This document shows, one piece after another, positions 52,958-63,359 of a stretch of DNA of 64,000 nucleotides. The stretch spans positions 128,001 through 192,000 of the forward strand of contig CAVSHF010000003.1 in assembly GCA_963727805.1 (NCBI GenBank). Direction: 5' to 3'. Both the position numbers and the translations under genes were made by a program. This DNA comes from an uncultured Nitrospiraceae bacterium (lineage in GTDB: Bacteria; Nitrospirota; Thermodesulfovibrionia; Thermodesulfovibrionales; Dissulfurispiraceae). The stretch's first letter is position 1; every line of letters starts with the position of its first letter. The notes below the pieces were generated by a model. The model saw only the letters and a list, made by a program, of their open reading frames with translations, did not search any database and was not told where the DNA came from.

Positions 52958-53467
52958 CAGCAATGGTCTGTATCTGACCGATTGGCAATTGCCAGCAATT
53001 CACAGATATGTCCTCTTTTATGCATGATAATTGATATCACATTATTATCGGCAAAATATATATTTTCTAAAGTCCCTATATTTTCAGCCCAAAGAGGTTG
53101 TCATGTATCAAGAACTACCCTGCAGTTAAGGAATATCAATATCACGGTTTTCAGAACGATGTTTTAGATCCGGACTGCATAAATAAGTCCTTGAAATTAA
53201 TTCAGATTATCATAGGTCAGTACATTTCAAAAATTTGGGCGTACATCGTTTTTCGTCCCAAAATCACACATCGGCCGCCTGAAATTATCTGGTAGGATTC
53301 CGTTCTGGTCAGCTGGAAAACAGGCAAGATTTCTGCTGTAAATGAGTACCTATAGTTAAATCATGCACCAAATAACCCAGAGTCTGAAGAAAATGCCGAT
53401 CTAAGCTTACAGATGCAAGTTGCCTTACGTACTGGCGCAGGGGGCGTGGCTCAAACTGACCTCACCA

Positions 53468-53815
53468 TCATAGCTTCCCCTGAGTGAAATGAAACTTGTG
53501 CAGAGCCCGATGTACAACCGGAGCCAGCAGAACTCCCGCGACAACGATGACGACCAACCCGCAATAAAGAGCGTATAGACCGGCAAAGAGCTTTCCACCG
53601 AATGTCAGTGGTGTGTTCACGGGCCCCATTCCTCCCAATAGCATTGCTGCATTGAGAAACGCGTCGATCCAGCTAAGCCCTTCAATGGCATGATAGCCGA
53701 GCATACCGATGGCTAGCGAAATCAGTACAAGAGACGCCCCGACGGCAGTGCTACGGGCAAGGCGTGCCATAAACTCTCGACGTGAAAGAAGCGGTTCTGA
53801 CTTGTGCTCAAACAT
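53468..53815 (-). CDS. Small 2-TM ion-channel-like membrane protein
   Basis: IGMLGYH..EGLSWIDAFLNAAMLLGGMGP..GKLFAG.YAL pore-helix-like pattern. Confidence 0.75.
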   Translation of the reverse strand: MFEHKSEPLLSRREFMARLARSTAVGASLVLISLAIGMLGYHAIEGLSWIDAFLNAAMLLGGMGPVNTPLTFGGKLFAGLYALYCGLVVIVVAGVLLAPVVHRALHKFHFTQGKL

Positions 53816-53980
53816 TGGCCACTGTGAGTCTCAATGTATTTGCTTTCTTAAGATTATTTTTATGCAAGTGCTGCCTTTTGATGATTATTATAATAATAGG
53901 GGGGTAAGCAGTCAATGAAGGACATCTATTCTGAGGTCATCTTCTTAATTTTCATGCGGATTAATGCTGTCCATCAACAA

Positions 53981-54035
53981 TTAATCAGAGGGTGGCGTAA
54001 ATCCCCGTCATTGAAGGCGGGGATTTAAAATCGTG
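53981..54035 (+). mobile_element. Solo IS605/IS609-type left-end remnant
   Basis: TTAAT-CAGAGGGTGGCGTAAATCCCCGTC-ATTGAA-GGCGGGGATTTAAAATCGTG aligns with the left end of the element at about 43530-43588. Confidence 0.6.
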
Positions 54036-54297
54036 CCGTCTGTCTTTTATGTTAGTCAAATTCAATAAGATGAACGAAAGTTCACTGTGCTATTATGTGA
54101 GCATGCTAGTGTGCAAGTGTTACAGATACAGATTGAAGACGCGGCTGCACATGATAAAGATTTGTATTGTGGATCAGCAAAATTATGCCCCTTGCCATTT
54201 CGTTCACTTTACATGTGAAGTCGATTATCGTCCATGCATTTTCAATGAATGAGGCTAGTGTAGCTACATAACAAATGTCACACTGGGGGCAGGTACC

Positions 54298-55188
54298 TTA
54301 TCGCTCTGCCCTCCTGCCAGGACTAATAACCGGATTGCGGATTGTACCAATTCGCTCGATCTCGATCTCAACAATGTCACCAGCCTTGAGAAAGATAGGC
54401 GGTTGCCGCTTGAACCCCACCCCCGAGGGGGTCCCGGTAGCAATAAGATCGCCTGGTCGCAGGGTCATCAGTGAGCTCAGGAAAGCAATTGTCCGCGCTA
54501 CTGAGAAGATCATATCTCGTGTGTTACCATTCTGCAGCGTGACACCATTCACGCGTGTGAATATCTGTAAGTTCTGCGGATCGGAAATATCAGAGACTGG
54601 AGCGATCCCTGGGCCCATTGGAGCGAAAGTATCAGGCACCTTTCCTGCCATCCATTGACTGCTTTGCATTTGAAGGTCACGGGCACTGACGTCATTCATG
54701 ATGGTGTAGCCGGCAACACAGGTGAGCGCCTCGCTTTCGGACACCTCCTTGCATCTTCTGCCAATAACGACTGCAAGTTCACCCTCGTAGTCAATCTGCG
54801 TGCTGACACGGGGCAATACAATGGGACTGGTCGGCCCACATAAGGCATTGCGGAATTTAGCAAAAATTGGCGGAAACATGGACGTACTCATCTGCACTTC
54901 CATAGCGTGCTCATGGTAATTCAGCCCCAGGCAAATGATCTTTTCAGGATCAGGAACAGGAGGGCCAAGTTCGACCTTTTCGAGAGGGATAAGCTGCTCA
55001 CTTTTCATCTGAAAGGCATCTCGTGCCTGTTCAAGCAATTGATTAATAGTGGAGGCTCCTGCTTCGAGAAGAGCGCGTACGGTTGACGGGTAGACTGCGG
55101 GATTCAGTGTAGCAGCATCCAGAAGAACGGAATCGGATAGGATTCCTGCTCGCCATAAACCGTGTGATCGATAACTCACAATGTACAT
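54298..55188 (-). CDS. Fumarylacetoacetate hydrolase (FAH)-family protein
   Basis: KIICLGLNY..H, DYEGELAVVIG, NDVSARD, GK..DTFAPMGP, TGTPSGVG. Confidence 0.93.
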   Translation of the reverse strand: MYIVSYRSHGLWRAGILSDSVLLDAATLNPAVYPSTVRALLEAGASTINQLLEQARDAFQMKSEQLIPLEKVELGPPVPDPEKIICLGLNYHEHAMEVQMSTSMFPPIFAKFRNALCGPTSPIVLPRVSTQIDYEGELAVVIGRRCKEVSESEALTCVAGYTIMNDVSARDLQMQSSQWMAGKVPDTFAPMGPGIAPVSDISDPQNLQIFTRVNGVTLQNGNTRDMIFSVARTIAFLSSLMTLRPGDLIATGTPSGVGFKRQPPIFLKAGDIVEIEIERIGTIRNPVISPGRRAER

Positions 55189-55474
55189 AGATACTCCTTA
55201 AGGCATTAATGATGGCCGCTTGAAATATGGATCATTATACCATGCTTGTTAGGCTCATATATCAGGAAGTAATTTGCAAACATGCCCCCGTTTGACTTGG
55301 ACTTATTTTGACATATTATTGTGATGCATGAAGTAGGGCGGGACGTGCCCATGTAACGCCTGCGGAGAGAAGGGCCGCTACTGTATCGACTCTGTCGATG
55401 CAAAAGTCCAATCATTGAACAGAAAGCTCTCGCGTCTCGGTAGTCTTGAGATGCATGGGAATTTATTACCGTGA

Positions 55475-55927
55475 CTAAGTCACATGCTTAAAAGCACTGT
55501 CGACGGCAGCTTCCGCTGTATCTGCTTTTATAATTCCCTGGAGCTCCCAAGTGTTAATCCCGATGACGGGCTTTCCCATTTTGAGCGCAAAGGCTAGCTC
55601 TGAGAGTGTTCCGTACTCGCCCCCGATGGCGATCAAGGCATCAGACGTGCGGATGATTATAATGTTTCGACCTTCTCCGAATCCAGTTGCGACAGGCACA
55701 TCAATGTATTGATTTGCCATTTCTTTTGTTGCCTGCGGCAGAATCCCGATGGTGGTGCCCCCTGCGGCCTTCGCTCCGCGAGCCGCACCCTCCATAACAC
55801 CTCCGAGACCTCCGCAGACCAGAAGGGCCTCGCGGGTAGCGATCAATCTGCCGACTTCTTCTGCAATACCGGTCAAAGAGGCATCGGCCCTTCCTGAACC
55901 GATTACTCCGATAATTCGTTTGGTCAT
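55475..55927 (-). CDS. TIGR00725 / LOG-family Rossmann-fold protein
   Basis: IGVIG, CGGLGGVM, IGILP, GRN, GGEYGTLSE. Confidence 0.9.
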   Translation of the reverse strand: MTKRIIGVIGSGRADASLTGIAEEVGRLIATREALLVCGGLGGVMEGAARGAKAAGGTTIGILPQATKEMANQYIDVPVATGFGEGRNIIIIRTSDALIAIGGEYGTLSELAFALKMGKPVIGINTWELQGIIKADTAEAAVDSAFKHVT

Positions 55928-56392
55928 ATCCTCTTCCCCTTCTTTAAGCGGTCTTATTAACAGGCTATTCTAACATGCAGACACACAGATGATCATGCGA
56001 GGGACAAGGAGATCTAATGCGCTTAAAGAAAGGTACCTATGATATGTTGAATGGGATTCTCGCATGATAGGAGGAAGGAGTGAATCACACCTAAAAAGGT
56101 CTTAATAATTGTGACGGGCCAGTGAGGCCTTGCAAGTTATTGCAGCCATATCCCTTTAATAGCACTAAGGATTTCCAGTTAAATAGAATAGCCCGTCTTC
56201 CAGGAATTGAGATGATCTGAAACGCTTTCGAAAGCTTCTCGATATTGGACATAATAACGGGGAGCGGCCGTGCTTAAGCCTGGATACTCTTTGGCAGAAC
56301 AAAGAACAAATTGACGTCCTGTTTTATAACACCTTCTACCGGAGCCTATCCCCCATGTCGAACAACGATGCGTTGCTTCTTTTATCGACAAT

Positions 56393-56830
56393 TCAGATTC
56401 TTAAAACGCTATAAATCATTTCAATCCGGTATGGTTTGCTTATGTATCCACTAATTCCCAAATCACTCAACTTGTTTTTTATTTCCGATGAGTCACCTTC
56501 TGACATAACGAATATTTGTGCACTAGGATAATATAATCTAGTGAGGTCTATGAGTGAATAACCACTCGCGGCCGCCATATGAAAGTCGGTAAGCAGGATA
56601 TCTACCTGAAATGATTGCAGTATTTCTACCGCTTCCAATCCATTTGAGGCTGTCAAAATGTTGTAGTGCTTTGCACAGATGGCGAAACTTTGAGAAAGCT
56701 GCTTTAACACAGTGCGGTCGGCATCCACAACAAGAATATTGCTGCTATTTCTCGATACGTGGACTTCACATGGTTGATTATTAAATTCGAGTGCGTGATC
56801 TATGGACTGACTCACGTTTGCGATAAACAT
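56393..56830 (-). CDS. Single-domain response regulator (REC), paralog B
   Basis: Same motifs as 51018-51455 and identical C-terminus GYISKPYRIEMIYSVLRI. Confidence 0.85.
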   Translation of the reverse strand: MFIANVSQSIDHALEFNNQPCEVHVSRNSSNILVVDADRTVLKQLSQSFAICAKHYNILTASNGLEAVEILQSFQVDILLTDFHMAAASGYSLIDLTRLYYPSAQIFVMSEGDSSEIKNKLSDLGISGYISKPYRIEMIYSVLRI

Positions 56831-56920
56831 ATATGCCTCCATTGATTAGATCAACACTCAAACACAAAGACGCCGCTAAACTATGCAAAATATATTCTAA
56901 ATTATGTTGAGTGATAATCT

Positions 56921-57190
56921 TTAATTACAAAAGTTGAGTCCTGCCCTGTTTTCCTCGACCCAGACTACTCTGGCCTTTGTCTTGGGGTCTGCAATATGCA
57001 CTGTTTCTCCCTGCCGCAGCTTTGCACTTGATACGAGACCCAACCCACGCTCGCTAAGATCAACTATTTTACATGTCCATCTATGCCCAAACGCATTAGA
57101 GCATTCAGTAGTATAGTTGCATTTAAGTCTTGGCCAACGTCTGGTTTCTCCTTCGCGTAAGTGGTCTAAATAATTTTCGAGTGTACCCAT
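56921..57190 (-). CDS. PilZ-domain c-di-GMP receptor
   Basis: RRWPR (RxxxR) and DLSERG (DxSxxG), ARVVW. Confidence 0.85.
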   Translation of the reverse strand: MGTLENYLDHLREGETRRWPRLKCNYTTECSNAFGHRWTCKIVDLSERGLGLVSSAKLRQGETVHIADPKTKARVVWVEENRAGLNFCN

Positions 57191-57207
57191 TCTATATACA
57201 CCCCCCG

Positions 57208-57360
57208 TTATAATATTGACAGAGCCGGCACTAGGACCGTCAAATGTGTAAGATGTGAATCATAGTCTGATGCAGCAGACTTATAAGCCGTTGACATGAC
57301 TATAAGAAGCAATTCGATGTGTATTTGTGCTTTTAATATCAAGCAGTTCAGCATTCGCAT
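57208..57360 (-). CDS. Putative 50-aa small protein at the head of the PilZ-REC unit
   Basis: GGAGG at 57363-57367 then MRMLNCLILKAQIHIELLLIVMSTAYKSAASDYDSHLTHLTVLVPALSIL*. Confidence 0.35.
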   Translation of the reverse strand: MRMLNCLILKAQIHIELLLIVMSTAYKSAASDYDSHLTHLTVLVPALSIL

Positions 57361-57380
57361 TACCTCCGTCCTTTATATAA

Positions 57381-57395
57381 GCAATTTACATGCCA
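57381..57395 (-). promoter_or_regulatory. Sigma54 (-24/-12) promoter
   Basis: Minus strand TGGCATG-TAAA-TTGC(T) with exact GG-N10-GC spacing. Confidence 0.65.
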
Positions 57396-57922
57396 CATTT
57401 GACAATGATTTGGATTCGGGGAGGGATCCCCTGACAGCTCCAGAGCAATTATTGACGTCTATTATGTAGAAAAAGTATCAATATATAACATATTATCAAT
57501 GAGATATAAGATGATAATGTATCCTAGCCACAACTTAAAACTGTTCTATGTGGTTCAACTTGACGGACACGGTTGCCTGAGGCATGCGATAGAATATTGA
57601 CAGTATGATGTGCATTTATTACTAAAACGATTCACAAGTGCCTGAAAAGCGGAAGAGTTGATAAAATATCGATAGGTCAAGTCAATAGCAAGTCTTGCAA
57701 TCGTTCAGATAACGCAGATCGCACGTATTCATTGAAAGTTTTTATCCCTAGATTCACAATCGCTAGGCTTATTGCACATCGCGTAGAATTTTGGCCCGTG
57801 CATACTAAGACTAACTGATTTCACAACCATGTGTTGAGAAAATTAGCAGATGGATGGAAGGTTCTCAAGCACGAATACTTGGATTCTGTTGCTTGCGATT
57901 GAAACGCGTAATCGCAAGTCAT

Positions 57923-58105
57923 CTATTCTGAGTTTCTTTCAGCAAAAAAGCGCATGAGAAATTCCGCATCTTTTGGGGGTAAATCGAACTTTAAACAAGC
58001 ATCGCCGATTAATTTAGTCAGACTCATGTTAGGATCACCGAGACGTTCATCGGATATCCACTTAACTGCCCTTCGCAACTGCTCTCCCTCAGGAAGAATA
58101 CTCAT
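57923..58105 (-). CDS. Small conserved-looking hypothetical protein
   Basis: MSILPEGEQLRRAVKWIS...A..KFDL.PKDAEFL; RBS AAAGGA. Confidence 0.75.
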   Translation of the reverse strand: MSILPEGEQLRRAVKWISDERLGDPNMSLTKLIGDACLKFDLPPKDAEFLMRFFAERNSE

Positions 58106-58574
58106 ATATCATCCTTTCAAGACTTTATTTGTTGGCTGTCAGTTAGTCAGTCCAATTTTACTGTTAATCAAGATCAAAGTTGTACAGGGTTCCGTAAGCA
58201 ACGTCGTCTCTCATAATTACCATTGTGCCAAACTTTTTCCCTTTTCCGACGAGGCAATTCATAAATTGTCCGATGATCCGATCCTTTTCCTTTATCTCGA
58301 TTCCTGCCCCGTCTTTTACTTTTTTATTCTCACTAGGTTAATCATTTATAGCCCTTCTGTGCAGGTCTTCTTGTCTTGTTGACTATCAACCCATAGTCAT
58401 AGAGTCAGTCTACCTTAACGTCACATGTCTGACGGTTTCATGCAATGTGTTTCGGGCGACCGGAATAATGCAGGATCTCATTTCTGACCGTAGCATTACT
58501 GCCCATCTGCCACCTCAGCGTCTTGGGATACAAACAAAACCTCTTCGCGCAGCATTCCCTATCTTGACGAAATC

Positions 58575-58832
58575 TCATTTTTCTGTTGCCTGATTAATTG
58601 CCTTTTTTGTTTCAGCATTTCGCGCATCATTCTGATTCAGCGCGCTATCGACTGAGCGACGGATTGCAGCACCATCATACCCTACAACGCCAGCCGCTTC
58701 AAGACTGCGGGAATCAGCCCTGCCAGGCGCAGCCGGAGATGCGGATTCTGAATTCGATGCCTTGGGCTTATCGGCGCTACAGTTGATCACGAAGACTGTT
58801 ACACATGATAGAAACGCTGCTAATACTTTCAT
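58575..58832 (-). CDS. Small hypothetical lipoprotein
   Basis: MKVLAAFLSCVTVFVINC leader followed by a low-complexity linker. Confidence 0.6.
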   Translation of the reverse strand: MKVLAAFLSCVTVFVINCSADKPKASNSESASPAAPGRADSRSLEAAGVVGYDGAAIRRSVDSALNQNDARNAETKKAINQATEK

Positions 58833-58938
58833 TTCGAGCTTCCTCTGGGGATCACATAGGTACAATACTTTGTCTTTATAAGGCTCATTTACTGCCTCTC
58901 ATCATCGAGTTTTTTGGGATGTTGTTCTGATGCAATTT

Positions 58939-60270
58939 TTATGATCTCTTCAGGAACTGTACATCTGTCATATGCGTTGAGCAAGAGATGCACGGATCAT
59001 AGGCACGGACGAGCATTTCGACATGTTGGGTAATCTCATCTTCGCTCAGGTCGATAATCTGAGGTACCAGTTGCCGCATATCATGTTCGATATTATTAAG
59101 GTTCTGATTGGTAGGAATAATGCAATTTGCATCGGTGATTATCCCCTTGTCATCTATTGCATAATTATGGAAAAGAAGGCCTCGCGGCACTTCGACGGCA
59201 CCCACTCCATTGCCTGCCCTGACAGGTATGTTTTCGCGTTCATTCACGCCTACTGTGATTACCTCTTCATGATTAATGCCGCTTGCCGTCAGTTCTTCAA
59301 TGATGTAAATAGCATTCTTTACGCAATGGACTGATTCGACTAATTGGGCGACTGTATTGAGAAACGGATTTATGCATTTTGGCTTTAACCCGACGGCCAA
59401 AGCCGCTTCTTTAGCTGAAGGATGCAGTTTGTCATAGTTCAGGTTAATCCTCGCCAAAGCACCAACAGCGTATGATTCCCTGCTGAGCCTCGTATGCTTG
59501 GCCGATGAATGGGGAACGATAAATTCATTAGTGATCTTTCTGTAGTCTTTTTTGTCCATTTTTACGCCATCCGTTGAGGCAATGGTTCCTGACAGAAAAG
59601 GATATTCGTCGGTATTGTTTGACAGTGCAACATATTCCGTGTCCCGTTCAAACTCAGGGAACGTAAGGGATGAGATCAGTTCAACGGTCGCATCCATATC
59701 AGCCTGCAGAGTAATCATCTTATTAAGCATAGATTCCAAATCTTGCTTTCCGGGAAGCTTTGTGAATCCCCCGATGATTGCTGATATAGGATGGACGTGC
59801 CTACCAACTAGTATTTCGCAGGCTTCATTGCAGACCTGTTTCATCCTGAGGGCCCTCCGAACAACTTCTGCATGACTTTCCATTAGCGGAAGGAAGCTCT
59901 TAACGCGTAACAGGTCAGGCACCGCAAGGAAATAGATGTGCAGGATATGGCTATCAAGTATTTCATAATGGAGCAGGAGTTTTCTGAGCTTTATCGTTTG
60001 TACCGTGGGTGTTATGCCGAGTGCATCCTCTGCAGCCTGGATAGAAGCGAGGGTATGGCCGCAGGCGCAAATACCGCAAATCCTGCTCGTTATGTGCTGA
60101 GCCTCAAAGATGGAACGGCCCCTGAGCATTCCTTCAAAAAAGCGCGGTGCTTCAACAATGTCAAGTCGGCATGTCTCCAGCCTGCCCTCTTGAACCTTTA
60201 GGATGATCTTCCCATGGCCTTCCACCCTAGTGATATACCCTGTCGAGATATTGACATTCTTATTTGCCAC
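58939..60270 (-). CDS. hydA: Group 3b [NiFe] hydrogenase (sulfhydrogenase-type) large/alpha subunit
   Basis: TRVEGHG, L1 RICGICACGH, EVPRG.L.H, L2 RAYDPCISCSTH plus a C-terminal extension. Confidence 0.93.
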   Translation of the reverse strand: MANKNVNISTGYITRVEGHGKIILKVQEGRLETCRLDIVEAPRFFEGMLRGRSIFEAQHITSRICGICACGHTLASIQAAEDALGITPTVQTIKLRKLLLHYEILDSHILHIYFLAVPDLLRVKSFLPLMESHAEVVRRALRMKQVCNEACEILVGRHVHPISAIIGGFTKLPGKQDLESMLNKMITLQADMDATVELISSLTFPEFERDTEYVALSNNTDEYPFLSGTIASTDGVKMDKKDYRKITNEFIVPHSSAKHTRLSRESYAVGALARINLNYDKLHPSAKEAALAVGLKPKCINPFLNTVAQLVESVHCVKNAIYIIEELTASGINHEEVITVGVNERENIPVRAGNGVGAVEVPRGLLFHNYAIDDKGIITDANCIIPTNQNLNNIEHDMRQLVPQIIDLSEDEITQHVEMLVRAYDPCISCSTHMTDVQFLKRS

Positions 60271-60271
60271 G

Positions 60272-61012
60272 TTATCGCAACTCCCTGCATGTATTGTACA
60301 TGTCCATTTTATGCACTATCAGTTCAACCGGCACCGCATATTTGCTGAGCACGTCACGTGCACCCCGCTCATTGGGATTACTGATCATGCCGCGGCAGCC
60401 ATAGCAAATGTTACCGTTATTGACACACCACGAGTTGCAGCCTGCCCTAGTAATCGGTCCCAGACAGCTCACACCCTTATCATACATACACACATTCTCA
60501 TTCAGTTTGCATTCTATGCAGACAGGGTAGTCAGGAACTGCATACGGTATCCCCTGCATGACGGCTTTTAAGACGGTCAGGACCTCCGGGATATAGACAG
60601 GACAACCATTGATAAAATAATCGACCTTGACCACCTGATGGACAGCTCTCGTCATGTCGGTCGGGAACAATTTAAAACGCTCTCCGTATACGTACTGGCC
60701 AATCTCGGCAAGATTGAAAGTATTTTTCATGCCGTTAACACCGCCGATGGTAGCGCAGGAGCCATAAGCAATAAGGATCCTCGATTTTTTTCTTATCTCG
60801 TTTATCCGTTCAACTGCGTGTTCGTCGGTAATACTTCCCTCTATTATCGCGATATCCAGATCGCCATCCCATGTTTCCGACAGGACCTCTCGGAACTCAA
60901 CGATCTCAAGCATCCCCAGCATATCAACAACGATATCTCCCATATTGGTCACCTGCAGCTGGCATCCTTCACAGCAGGCAAAGTCGAAAAAGGCGGTTTT
61001 GGGTTTCTTCAT
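60272..61012 (-). CDS. hydD: Group 3b [NiFe] hydrogenase small/delta subunit
   Basis: CCEGC, EGSI, GSCA..GG, GCP, C..C, CLGP.TRAGC...C...CYGCRG. Confidence 0.9.
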   Translation of the reverse strand: MKKPKTAFFDFACCEGCQLQVTNMGDIVVDMLGMLEIVEFREVLSETWDGDLDIAIIEGSITDEHAVERINEIRKKSRILIAYGSCATIGGVNGMKNTFNLAEIGQYVYGERFKLFPTDMTRAVHQVVKVDYFINGCPVYIPEVLTVLKAVMQGIPYAVPDYPVCIECKLNENVCMYDKGVSCLGPITRAGCNSWCVNNGNICYGCRGMISNPNERGARDVLSKYAVPVELIVHKMDMYNTCRELR

Positions 61013-61013
61013 C

Positions 61014-61850
61014 TTAAAGGGCCTCGCTTAGGTTCTTGATCCTATCATAGAAGAAGACCGGTCCATCCTTGCAGCAATAAAGGTGCTGAAACTGGCACCG
61101 GCCGCATTTACCCACTCCACATTTCATATGCCGTTCGAATGACATCATTATGCGGTTTTCCGGGATGTGCTTTGCCAGGAGTTCCTTTATCACGAAATGG
61201 TACATTACCGGAGGACCCACCACTACTGCTACAGTTCTATCCGGTTCGATATCAACCCCTGGTATGAGTGTGGTAATGACTCCCACATTGCCAGCCCAAT
61301 CAGGCGGTGCCCGATCTATTGTGCAGGCGAAATGAACATCAGACCGCCGTGTCCATGTGGCAATGTCATTTTTGAACAGCATATCCTGGGGGGACTTACA
61401 TCCAAGGAGTATATGCATTTTCCCGAAGTCTCGGCGGTTATCGATGACATAATTAATCAATGAGCGCAAAGGGGCTATCCCCAATCCTCCGGCAATGACC
61501 AGCAGATCATTACCCCTGAGCACCCTCAGCGGAAAACCATTACCATAAGGTCCCCTTATACTGATCTCATCTCCCTCCCTAAGTGTATGCAGGTGTGTTG
61601 TCACCTTTCCTGCCGCCCGGACACAAAGATCAAAAGATTCTTTTCCATTTGGTGCAGATGCGATTGAAATGGGTGATTCACCGATACCCAAGAGGGAGAC
61701 CATGATAAACTGCCCAGGCTCGTGGTTAAGTGACTGACCGGATGATAAAGCGAGTTGGAACAATTTCTCAGTCTCCCCCGTTTGTTCAACACGGAGGATT
61801 CTGGCTTGCCTGACCATATAATAAGAATTTTCTATAACCAGCCTTTCCAT
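61014..61850 (-). CDS. hydG: Group 3b hydrogenase gamma subunit (FAD/NAD(P)-binding, 2Fe-2S)
   Basis: PGQF, GESPISI, RGPYGNGF, AGGLGIAPLR, GPPVM, ERHMKCGVGKCGRC..CKDGPVF. Confidence 0.9.
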   Translation of the reverse strand: MERLVIENSYYMVRQARILRVEQTGETEKLFQLALSSGQSLNHEPGQFIMVSLLGIGESPISIASAPNGKESFDLCVRAAGKVTTHLHTLREGDEISIRGPYGNGFPLRVLRGNDLLVIAGGLGIAPLRSLINYVIDNRRDFGKMHILLGCKSPQDMLFKNDIATWTRRSDVHFACTIDRAPPDWAGNVGVITTLIPGVDIEPDRTVAVVVGPPVMYHFVIKELLAKHIPENRIMMSFERHMKCGVGKCGRCQFQHLYCCKDGPVFFYDRIKNLSEAL

Positions 61851-62890
61851 ATCTTCGCTTCACTTTCCTTGACTAATGCCTGAATAGTTTCTTTAAGCCT
61901 TATGGAGGCCATGCAAGTCCTGCTGCACCTTCCGCATCCCGTACAAAAAAACCTTCCATATCGGTCTAAAGGATACCTGAACTTACGGTAATAACGGTGC
62001 CGTTGTCGAGCAGAGCGCTCCTTGCGGAAATTTTCTCCTCCAGCAACCTTGGCGAAAGGTTCAAGCTGGCAGGAGTCCCAGACGCGGTAACGCCTGCCTG
62101 AGGTGAGGTTCAGGTCAATCTCATCCCGTATATCGAAACAATAACAAGTAGGACAAACCGTTGTGCAGTTCCCGCAGGCCAGACAGCGTTCCTGAAGATC
62201 TTTCCATACAGTGCTCCCGAAAGACCGGTCGAAAAGATCGGAGATCTTTTTTGGTGTAATAGCAAGTTCATTCCTGAAGACGGCCTTCTTGTTCTCTCTC
62301 AGGTCTGTCAAAGCCAACAGGTGCAAATCATTCGCTTTGATAAACATAGCGGTTTTTCCAACAATATCTTCACCACGCTGTGTAGCGATATGAACTATAA
62401 AATAATCACCCAGATCACTAAAAAACAAATCATAGCCGCCTGTCGGCAGATAGGTGTTCATTGATGCACAGTTGGCGTACTCATCGCAATATATGTTGCA
62501 TTCAAGGCCAATTATATCTATATGCTTCTTGCGGAGCAGATAATGATAGTCCTTTGGACTCTCTGAGAATATCATGTTAAGACACTGGATGGCAGCAAGA
62601 TCGCACGTATGGACTCCGAAGAGCGTGATTACTTCAAGGTCCGCTATTGCCTCAACAACTGATCTCTCACCAAGATCGAATTCCAGAAGGGTCTCCCGTT
62701 GTGGCATAAAGTATTTCTTGGGCGGTAGGATGGTCGGGACATAGGGTATTGAGATTGCCCCAGCCGACACAACAGTTTCGAAGGAATAACTACCCCATCC
62801 CTTTGAGACCGGCGCAACCACCTTGCTGAAACCAGCCAGCTTTGCAATAAAATCGTCCATGCGATCTTTATTTAGTATCACATAGCTCAT
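61832..62890 (-). CDS. hydB: Group 3b hydrogenase beta subunit (4Fe-4S dicluster, AsrA-like)
   Basis: PPKKYF.P, CLACGNCTTVCPTCYCF, WDSC, CTGCGRCSRTC. Confidence 0.9.
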   Translation of the reverse strand: MSYVILNKDRMDDFIAKLAGFSKVVAPVSKGWGSYSFETVVSAGAISIPYVPTILPPKKYFMPQRETLLEFDLGERSVVEAIADLEVITLFGVHTCDLAAIQCLNMIFSESPKDYHYLLRKKHIDIIGLECNIYCDEYANCASMNTYLPTGGYDLFFSDLGDYFIVHIATQRGEDIVGKTAMFIKANDLHLLALTDLRENKKAVFRNELAITPKKISDLFDRSFGSTVWKDLQERCLACGNCTTVCPTCYCFDIRDEIDLNLTSGRRYRVWDSCQLEPFAKVAGGENFRKERSARQRHRYYRKFRYPLDRYGRFFCTGCGRCSRTCMASIRLKETIQALVKESEAKIWKGWL

Positions 62891-63359
62891 ATCAAGCCGT
62901 TTTTTCTATCTGCATTAACACACATATATAAACATTGTACCTCAAATATCACTTCCTGTGAAGGCAATCAGACAAATAAAAGGATTCACCATTGCAGATG
63001 AGTCCACACAGGTCAAATCTAGCAATGTCACATGGGTGTAATGGTCCTCAATCCTTACCAGTGGAATGGTTGATGCAGTGATCCTTACAGTCGATATAGG
63101 GCCGCCGGTGCATAGTTGTACCTGATGTAAATATATTTTAACTGGAAGCTTTAAAACGAAACAAAATCTGAACCCAGTAACTGCATAGATTGTTCTATAT
63201 TCATCGAACTCACCGTTCGGATTCAGGACGGAACGGATAAATTGACTGCCTGATATCATGTCATCGGGTTAAATCGGCTAAATTATCCTCAAACAGCATC
63301 TGTCCTTTAATCTCGTTAATCCGCAGTGAACAGACATGGATCCCATTTCGAATTAAGAG

